The notes under the pieces were generated by a model. That model saw only the letters and a program-made list of their open reading frames with translations. It searched no databases and was not told the origin of the DNA. A DNA stretch of 64,000 nucleotides from Burkholderiaceae bacterium (lineage in GTDB: Bacteria; Pseudomonadota; Gammaproteobacteria; Burkholderiales; Burkholderiaceae_D): positions 570,726 to 634,725 of the forward strand of contig OY762707.1 in the NCBI GenBank assembly GCA_963666295.1, in the 5' to 3' direction. Of this stretch, positions 20,890 through 28,150 are shown in pieces (position 1 is the stretch's first letter; every line of letters starts with the position of its first letter). Both the position numbers and the translations under genes were made by a program.

Positions 20890-21806
20890 TATTTTTTAGG
20901 CACTCTGTAGTCGAATTCGCGTGGATCAAGATCTTCATCGTTTGGCGCCCACCCCTCTAGGACGAAGACTTCGCCACCTGATGGTTCCCACGTATCGCCG
21001 TTCCGCTGCAACAAGATATTCCGGACAATAAATAGATCGGAACGCCATGCGTTTTCCCTTGCATCTTTTACCTCATTGCGCGTCAGAATCACCGTATCAG
21101 CATTGCCAGTTGATCCTTTTACTTCAACGTGAACAACTAATTCCTTTTTCTGGCAAAGCAGATCGAAGGGTTTACCGTATTCTTCAACGGAGAATTCCTG
21201 ATGAAGATAGTACTCCTTTGCTTTACTTACTGCGTAATTTTCGGTAATTCGCTTTTTTTCTGGATCATCTTGTATACCAGCGCTTCCAGCAGCAACGTTA
21301 CCTGACGACTCCTCCTGAATCTCACTATTTTGAGGAAGATCTAGATAGTCCCTTAATTTGTCTGCCGATGCTTTTGTCAGTTGAAATGGGATGCGAAATG
21401 CTTGGCGATCAATCCCCCCACTCTTATCTAGGTTTGGTTTTTTTCGTTCGCCCTTAGATGTAATCAGATCAAGGTTTTTGGCCACCTCAAGGTCGACCAG
21501 CTTTGCTGCTCTGAATTTATCTATGGCTTGCTTCTCTGCAATGAAGTACAAGTCTTTGTTAATAATATTGGTTCTACCCAATAATTTTTCGGCCTCAACT
21601 TTTAAAACTGGCCCGTCACCTACGACCAGCCTTCCTCCAATATAGAGATTGCCTTTCTTTACTGTAATAACAAATACTTCATCTCCTTTTACAAAGGTCG
21701 AGAACGGCCGCTTATTCTCGCCTGCAATATAGTCGACAGCATCGTCATCAGATTTTGCTCGTTGATCCCAAGTATCGTTATTCCATAGAAATGTATAAGA
21801 AGCCAT
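20889..21806 (-). CDS. hypothetical protein; C-terminal DUF3883-like PD-(D/E)xK module, N-terminal beta-rich domain
   Basis: 305 aa. The C-terminus, KPFD(215)LLCQKKELVVHVE(228)VK(230)GSTG...LTRNEVKDA...DLFIV, matches the D...ExK...NE...ly.V pattern I recall for DUF3883. The N-terminal domain is unassigned. Confidence 0.55.
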   Translation of the reverse strand: MASYTFLWNNDTWDQRAKSDDDAVDYIAGENKRPFSTFVKGDEVFVITVKKGNLYIGGRLVVGDGPVLKVEAEKLLGRTNIINKDLYFIAEKQAIDKFRAAKLVDLEVAKNLDLITSKGERKKPNLDKSGGIDRQAFRIPFQLTKASADKLRDYLDLPQNSEIQEESSGNVAAGSAGIQDDPEKKRITENYAVSKAKEYYLHQEFSVEEYGKPFDLLCQKKELVVHVEVKGSTGNADTVILTRNEVKDARENAWRSDLFIVRNILLQRNGDTWEPSGGEVFVLEGWAPNDEDLDPREFDYRVPKK

Positions 21807-21807
21807 C

Positions 21808-24800
21808 TTAATCCTTTGACTGTTTAGAAATTATGGAGAAATGATTTAATGTGTTAATCAAGTGAATGTCTTCAGGTGTGTCGGCTCTGGCATCAAGCAA
21901 CCTTTCTGTTCCTAAAACCAAAGACATACATCGAGCCCTTGATACAGCGACATTGAATCTATTCTTGCTAAATAAAAACCCAAGGTTACGAGGCATCAGT
22001 GAATCATTAGATGTAGTCATTGAAACAATCACGACCTGCGCCTCCTGTCCCTGAAATTTGTCGACAGTTCCTACGCGTGCTCCCTTAGGCAAGGTGCGTT
22101 TAAGCAGGTTCACCTGCATGTTGTATGGTGCAACGATGAGAATGTCTTCTAAAGTCATAGGATGGACAACACCTTTTCCATCACGATAGCTCTGGGTAAG
22201 CAAGTTATCTACTAGTTCGCTAACATCTGCCGCTTCTTCTTCGCTTCGCTGTGAGCACGCATCGTGATCGACCGGGACATAGCGAATTCCCGTTGGTTTC
22301 AGCGCCGGGTGTGCACCATCGTTTAGAACTAAAGCTTGTTTAAATGTCGATTCGTCTGACTTCAGCCGCGAGTCATATATGGCACCAGAAATAAACTGGC
22401 AGACGTCCGGATGCATTCGGTACGTGGTCGCAAGGAAAATTCCGCGATCAGGTGAAATCGTTGCTTCGCCATCAAGCAGATAATCAAGAGCCGACTCACC
22501 ACTTCGACCAGGATGAACTCCTTGGATTGGCTGCCCTAACTGCATCTGGTCACCTAACAAAACAAGGTTACGAGAACACATCCCCATCGCTATGGTGTTT
22601 GCAAGCGATACCTGTCCAGCTTCATCAATGAACAAGTAATCGTATTCACCCCTAAAGTCTCCCCTTGCCAAAAGCCATGCCGTTCCAGCTAGCAATTGAG
22701 GCGGTGGGTCTGCTTTGGCTATTGACTGACTGCTTCCCCAGTTCTCTATAAAATCGCTTTCAACGTGATGCTCATCTGTCGACACCTTCTTGATGCCGTA
22801 GTAGCTGGCACCTTTCTCTTTCATTCGCTTGTCGACAGCGCTTAGAAGGTTGTTGATCGCTTTATGGCTATTTGAAGATACGGCCACGCGCTTGCCAGAC
22901 TTCAGAAGTTCGGCAATCAAGTGCGATCCCGTATAGGTTTTGCCTGTTCCCGGAGGACCTTGGATGAACAGGTAGGTATTCTGCATCTTTTCTACAGCAG
23001 AAATTGTTTGTGCAAGCGGATCACCATCGAGGTCAACAATGGGTTCTCCTGAATTGATTCCTTCAATATCAGGCGCTTTTCTCGTGAGGTAATCCAATAC
23101 AGCTTTGTATTGCCCACTGCCGGCAATTAGGGAATCTGCAAAATCAAATAGTGCATCTTGCATTACCGTTGAATTTATCGGTGCACCTGTTGAGATTGAA
23201 AATGACCCTGACTCGTCCCCCGAATCAGTCCGTATTTCCAAGGTGACGGTGCAGTTATCCTCATCAATATCTACTACGTTCACATCCTTCAGAGTATCCA
23301 GGCGCTTCGCATACCCACCGGCCTTCACCTTAAAATCCTGCTCCGGATAGTGATAACGAAATACCTCGAAACGCTTGCCAGACCCGACATACTCAGGGGA
23401 ATGAAGGCCAGCAATAACTTCCGGATCTTCAATCAACTCTTCAAACTCACCATCTTGGCGTTCGAAGATATTCCACCATGCTGGTTTGGCAGCACGCCGG
23501 TAAAAATCCAATAGTGAGTCGACCAGTTTAGCCAGTTCTTCATCAAGCCCAAGGTTGACTGGGCTAGTGATCAATTTCTCATGGTATTCCTCGAGAGTTT
23601 TTTCGTGATCAAGCGTTTTGTCGGATTTTGTCTTTGCTGGCTTTTTAGCTGCTACGGCGTCAATAATGGCTTCTGAAAACCACGACAATTCTTCCGGCCT
23701 CATCGTCAGTAGCCATTCTCGCAACTGCCATGTCGAGCGACAGTCGTCCTCGTTATACTCCCGTATGGACTCAAGCAATTCTGGATCTTGTGTTTCACGC
23801 CAGCGCTCATAAACCACGATGCTATCTCCAGCATTTGTGACCTCTGCATCCCGCTTATCGCTGTAAAAGGCCTCGACGGCTTTTATTGAATAGCTAGGCT
23901 TTGAAATGCGTAAGCCCTCACGCACTACTTTGTATAAATCTACTAAACGACTTTCACGTAATAATTGATCAACTGCTGACTCTTTGACCCCATGCAAAGT
24001 CATTAACTTCTTCAAAGCCGTATTCTCATAATGAGCGTAGTGATAGATATGCATGGCAGGATACTTCTCCCTGCGATCCATCACGAAATCCATAAATTCG
24101 ATGAAAGCTTGGCGTTCCTGCTCTCGATCATGCGCCCAGAAGGGCTTGAATACTGGCTTTCCTGCATCGAAGTAGTACACACCGAATAGATATTCCAATC
24201 CACCGTCCTGCATTGGATCGCCTTCCATATCGAAGAACAGATCACCTGCATCCGGTTTGGGGAGTCTCGCAAACCCGCGCATTTCGTCTTCGTGAACAGG
24301 CAAAAGAACTACCTTTTGCTCGCCAGTCTCACGCTCATGAACCTGGAGCTTTGCTTGTTCGCGTAATTTCGTGAGTGTCTGATCCGCCAGCTTGGGCACG
24401 TCCATGTTTTCTTGTAGTTGTGCGAGCTGAGCAACCGTTTTGATGTCAGCCTGCTCCAACCTTGCGATCTGCTGGCGTGTGATATTGGCTACCGCTGACA
24501 AATGGTCATCTTCGATCCGTTTTGCGTCGCACCTTTCTTGCCAATGACAAAGTGAGCAATGGTCGCAAGGTACTGGATACGGTGGAGTGCCATCCGGGTA
24601 GGTTCCCAAAAATTCGACGAACCGGTCCAGAAGCTGCCTGTAGTAATACACGTAGTCAGCGACTCTGAAACTTTCACGCTTTCCGTTCCCCAGTTCGACA
24701 TGCATGTTTGGTGGGAGTTTTTCTGTCAGGTCAGACAACAGATCGGAATAAAAACAAAGCTGGAGAATGAATTTAGCCTTGGTCGAGCGTGCAAGCTTGG

Positions 24801-25197
24801 TATCTGCAACCTCATATTCCCATGCCTCTCCCTCATCATTACTGTCTGTGCGCAGGAGAAAATCAGCATTTCCAAGCATATTGCCGCGCTTCAAGGCGGC
24901 CTGATAGACAACCTTGGCACCGGTTTTCAGGGCGTCACTGGTTGCGCTGACACGCTGGTCAAGAGATAGTTTTTGGTCTATCTCAATGCAATCTTCGTAT
25001 TGGGTTTTTAGTTGCGCAAAAAACTCCGCTTCGTGCTCAAAGCCCTTTGCCTGAACCAGCTTGGATTGCTCATCATCCTCGGCTTTTTCCATTGGTGAGT
25101 CGAGGTGGAGGCGATCAAGCCATGTCCTGTGTGGGCATTCAGCGAAAAAGGTCAGGTCGCTTGCGGAAAACAGAATCTGGTTATTTATTTTTTGCAA
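21808..25197 (-). CDS. Cas4/RecB-like Fe-S nuclease + PolB-like (RNase_H_2) 3'-5' exonuclease + Upf1/DNA2-like SF1B helicase fusion (TM0106-family-like)
   Basis: 1129 aa. TTG start 6 nt after GGAGGTGA. Nuclease: C21, D112 (NADFLL), D132-T-K134, QLCFY, then C211-x2-C-x2-C-x5-C. Exonuclease: DLFFDMEGDP and EYNEDDC. Helicase: GPPGTGKT (K753), FIDEAGQ, LLGDQMQL, TTYRMHP, DKFQGQEAQVVIVS, FNVAVSRAR. Confidence 0.85.
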   Translation of the reverse strand: MQKINNQILFSASDLTFFAECPHRTWLDRLHLDSPMEKAEDDEQSKLVQAKGFEHEAEFFAQLKTQYEDCIEIDQKLSLDQRVSATSDALKTGAKVVYQAALKRGNMLGNADFLLRTDSNDEGEAWEYEVADTKLARSTKAKFILQLCFYSDLLSDLTEKLPPNMHVELGNGKRESFRVADYVYYYRQLLDRFVEFLGTYPDGTPPYPVPCDHCSLCHWQERCDAKRIEDDHLSAVANITRQQIARLEQADIKTVAQLAQLQENMDVPKLADQTLTKLREQAKLQVHERETGEQKVVLLPVHEDEMRGFARLPKPDAGDLFFDMEGDPMQDGGLEYLFGVYYFDAGKPVFKPFWAHDREQERQAFIEFMDFVMDRREKYPAMHIYHYAHYENTALKKLMTLHGVKESAVDQLLRESRLVDLYKVVREGLRISKPSYSIKAVEAFYSDKRDAEVTNAGDSIVVYERWRETQDPELLESIREYNEDDCRSTWQLREWLLTMRPEELSWFSEAIIDAVAAKKPAKTKSDKTLDHEKTLEEYHEKLITSPVNLGLDEELAKLVDSLLDFYRRAAKPAWWNIFERQDGEFEELIEDPEVIAGLHSPEYVGSGKRFEVFRYHYPEQDFKVKAGGYAKRLDTLKDVNVVDIDEDNCTVTLEIRTDSGDESGSFSISTGAPINSTVMQDALFDFADSLIAGSGQYKAVLDYLTRKAPDIEGINSGEPIVDLDGDPLAQTISAVEKMQNTYLFIQGPPGTGKTYTGSHLIAELLKSGKRVAVSSNSHKAINNLLSAVDKRMKEKGASYYGIKKVSTDEHHVESDFIENWGSSQSIAKADPPPQLLAGTAWLLARGDFRGEYDYLFIDEAGQVSLANTIAMGMCSRNLVLLGDQMQLGQPIQGVHPGRSGESALDYLLDGEATISPDRGIFLATTYRMHPDVCQFISGAIYDSRLKSDESTFKQALVLNDGAHPALKPTGIRYVPVDHDACSQRSEEEAADVSELVDNLLTQSYRDGKGVVHPMTLEDILIVAPYNMQVNLLKRTLPKGARVGTVDKFQGQEAQVVIVSMTTSNDSLMPRNLGFLFSKNRFNVAVSRARCMSLVLGTERLLDARADTPEDIHLINTLNHFSIISKQSKD

Positions 25198-25263
25198 AGA
25201 TCACCTCCAAAGGTTTGGGAAGTATAGCGCTTATTTCTGCTAAAAACGGAACTTATCACCATA

Positions 25264-25286
25264 AGTGGTTCACATAGTGAGCCACT
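25264..25286. promoter_or_regulatory. 23-bp dyad operator, site A (AGTGGTTCACATAGTGAGCCACT)
   Basis: 67 nt upstream of the helicase-fusion start, in the divergent intergenic region. Nearly perfect 10-3-10 inverted repeat. Confidence 0.6.
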
Positions 25287-25315
25287 AAAAAAACAATTTC
25301 CAAAAATATATATTT

Positions 25316-25338
25316 AGAGGCTCATTCCGTGAGCCACT
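25316..25338. promoter_or_regulatory. 23-bp dyad operator, site C (AGAGGCTCATTCCGTGAGCCACT)
   Basis: Same intergenic region, 48 nt upstream of the ATG at 25387. Shares GTGAGCCACT and the GGCTCAT left arm with site B. Confidence 0.5.
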
Positions 25339-25386
25339 TACTTATTTATAGTCACATCATGTGAACAAAATATGGAGGTGAATTCA

Positions 25387-25665
25387 ATGAGCCAATTAAC
25401 CCAGCATGCCATGACCCGTATGCAGCAGCGCGGCATAAAAGAGCTAACGCTTCAACACCTGTTGCAGCATGGCGCAAAGACTCATGATGGCAGGGGATGC
25501 CAAATTGTTTATTTCAACAAGCAATCGCGAAAACGCCTACAAAAAAGCTTTTGCAATGAGGCATTCAAGCAACTTGAGAAGCAAATGGATGCTTATGCCG
25601 TAATTTCTGAGTTTGGCGATGTTGTCACAGTAGGCCACCGAACCAAGCGTATCAACCGTTACTAA
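25387..25665 (+). CDS. DUF4258-like small protein (putative toxin-type)
   Basis: LTQHAMTRMQQRGIKELTLQHLLQHG fits the DUF4258 pattern (HA..RM..RgI). GGAGGTG lies 6 nt before ATG 25387. The ORF-track start at 25372 sits inside that SD. Confidence 0.5.
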   Translation: MSQLTQHAMTRMQQRGIKELTLQHLLQHGAKTHDGRGCQIVYFNKQSRKRLQKSFCNEAFKQLEKQMDAYAVISEFGDVVTVGHRTKRINRY

Positions 25666-25674
25666 GGAGACTCC

Positions 25675-26190
25675 ATGGCGCTATTACTAGAAGGAATGAC
25701 TCTGGTATTTGAAAATGAAACACTTGAAGAGATGCACCCACTTGGCATCAAGGGATTCATATCGGAATGGAACAACGGGTCTTTCTGTACGGACGGCACG
25801 ATATCTAAATTGTCCTTTTTTGAATTTCAGGACGGATTTTGCGTACTTGCAGCCATGAAGGGTATGGGGTTGGCCATATCCACACGATACGCAGCCGATG
25901 TAGCTGTGTTTATGCATGATGGCAGCCCATGGTTACCCTGCTTGTGGCTAGAAACTGAAAAACACGTCGAAAATTACATGATGTGCTGGCATGTAACAAA
26001 CAAAGGGAGCAAAGCATTGGCTCCAGCATATTTCAAGAGAGGTGGCACATTAGCGCGCTTCCAAGGACTAACCATGGACGAGATAAACGATCGTATTTCT
26101 AGGGCGGGCGTCGAAAATGGATGCAGCATTTTCAAAGACGAAATATCTGGTCGAATTCTGTACGGTCCGAATCAACTCTGCAGACATTAA
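25675..26190 (+). CDS. hypothetical protein (possible partner of the DUF4258-like gene)
   Basis: 171 aa. AGGAG SD. Starts 10 nt after the upstream stop. No family recognised. Confidence 0.5.
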   Translation: MALLLEGMTLVFENETLEEMHPLGIKGFISEWNNGSFCTDGTISKLSFFEFQDGFCVLAAMKGMGLAISTRYAADVAVFMHDGSPWLPCLWLETEKHVENYMMCWHVTNKGSKALAPAYFKRGGTLARFQGLTMDEINDRISRAGVENGCSIFKDEISGRILYGPNQLCRH

Positions 26191-26581
26191 GGCGATAAAA
26201 GTACGATTGCCAATCTGTGCATTGAATCTTCTGTATCACTAGGCACTAGCCAACGTTCTAGGCGCTGTCTATACCTCGAGAAATTTTTATAGGAGGCCCG
26301 TTGTGGCCAAATGCGGACGCACTGTGCTTAGTAATATCGCAGGCTGATATTACTAAATATTGATGCCAAGTGCCCGCGCGGTTTTCGGTATTGTTATAAC
26401 TATTAATGCACACAGCAGTATTGGTGTTAACACAGTATCTATGCGGCTTCCAGCGACATTGACAGTCCAATGTTATTGTACGGACAATAGTAATATTACG
26501 CATTTTTGCGATCTATAACATGTTCGGCGTCAGAAATCCTTCCGAGCACTTTTCCAAAAACTAGTCACAACCCCAAAATCT

Positions 26582-27148
26582 ATGCCCACGCAACTCTTAA
26601 CTACAGTCGCGCCATATTTCAGGCCATATATTGACCTCTTGAAATTGTCTGGAGAGCGCTACTACTTCAGGAAAGCGTCGACCTCCCTCCGGGATGCTGA
26701 CGGTCAGCGCCGAAATTGGCATCCGAAGATCGCTCACGTAATGCTTCGGGGATACCACTTGCCAACCGAGGGCATCTTGTATGCGGCCTTTCCAAAGGTA
26801 GTCAACGTCAGCAATCTTGGAGACGACGACCTTCTTTACATAGGTTGCTCGGCTACGGGTGGCTCTAGATATTGGCGCGGACGACCGAGCGAAACCGGTC
26901 GCTACCCCGAAAGCAAGTCTTGCTTTCATCATGAACAAATGCGTCGAGGCAGAGACTCACACAATCTAGAAAACTATCTTACTCAAATTGGTTCGGTTCG
27001 CGTGTATACACTGACGGACAGAGAAGTTCTGTCTCTCTGTTCCAAGCATCAGGTCACGTTACCTGAAGGAAGATATCCGGCACACCAACTCGAAAAAAAA
27101 ATCCTGTCTGAAGGATTTTTAAGATGGAAGTGGAATCGGCGTGTCTGA
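26582..27148 (+). CDS. hypothetical protein, possible GIY-YIG-like nuclease fold (weak)
   Basis: 188 aa. GILYAAF...LLYIGCSATGGSRYWRGR loosely resembles the GIY-x10-YIG-...-R motif. No SD seen. Confidence 0.35.
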   Translation: MPTQLLTTVAPYFRPYIDLLKLSGERYYFRKASTSLRDADGQRRNWHPKIAHVMLRGYHLPTEGILYAAFPKVVNVSNLGDDDLLYIGCSATGGSRYWRGRPSETGRYPESKSCFHHEQMRRGRDSHNLENYLTQIGSVRVYTLTDREVLSLCSKHQVTLPEGRYPAHQLEKKILSEGFLRWKWNRRV

Positions 27149-27485
27149 GTTACCGCCGAATGAATCCGACTTTAGGAAGGTCATGTTTTTTCATTTTGCG
27201 TACTCCATTGAGTGGTTCAACGAGTAGGCTGCATTTCATTTTAGTGATAGCGGCCAGAAGGGGGGGTTAGGCTGATTTTGTTCGCTGTATGGAGGTTGCT
27301 TTGAGGTGGGGGCGATTCATTAGCGTTAGAAAACCCTGCTTGTAATGGTGTTGGGCTGGAAAGTGCTAAGTCTAAATTTCTAACACCATATGGCGATGTG
27401 GATTTGCGGTGTTGGGAAGCGGTCGTTTTACATCGGAAATTATTGATGTGAGGGGCGGCGGCATTGTGCCTGGAACTTAAAATGG

Positions 27486-28115
27486 TTGCTAGAAGAAGCT
27501 GAAGAAGCATCTGTCATTTATTCAATACAATACGGTCTGATTCTGACAGTTCCACGTGGTGATTACAGTATTGAAAGTTTGCGTTCTTTACTAAGGGCAT
27601 TTGTACTGCTTGGAAGGCCAAAACAAGTAGTTGGCTTAGATCTGGCAGGCCATGAAAGTCGCGAGAACATATCTGAACTGGTCCCACATTTTATGAGGGC
27701 GAAGAAGGAATTTGGGCTTGGGGTTACTATTCACGCAGGCGAAACGGGCATAATTGAAAATGTCACACAAGCCGTTTTGGGCTTTGGCGCAGATCGAATT
27801 GGGCACGGAACAGCGGCCGCAAAATGTGTTGAAACTATGGCGCTGCTTCGAGAGCACGATGTTTGTCTGGAAGTTTGTCCAATAAGTAACTATTTGACCG
27901 GCGCAGTACCCAATGGAGAGGCACATCCATTGAATGCATTTGTTGAGCATGAAGTGCCGTTCGTTATTTGCTCAGACAACCCTGCTCGTCATGCGCGGGG
28001 ACTCAATGCGGACTATTACGAGTTTATTCAAGAAACGGGGCGGTTTGATTTGCTGGATGATATGTACTCAAAGCAGTCGAAGTACTCTTTTCTCGATTTC
28101 AGCAGAATAAACTAA
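27486..28115 (+). pseudogene. adenosine/AMP-deaminase-family fragment lacking the N-terminal ~115 residues
   Basis: Contains LDLAGHE, TIHAGE, ADRIGHG, CPISN and SDNP motifs of the adenosine deaminase superfamily. The frame opens only at 27447 and the HxH zinc motif is missing. Upstream DNA has stops in that frame. Confidence 0.55.
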
Positions 28116-28150
28116 CTGGACTATATGTTGGAAGGTGCGTTTAGGGATCG

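Noticed and set aside
26582-27148. 188-aa ORF as the missing N-terminus of the adenosine deaminase fragment
   Set aside because: It is in a different frame. It has no HxH zinc motif or other deaminase motifs. It is separated from the fragment by about 300 bp with stops in the deaminase frame.
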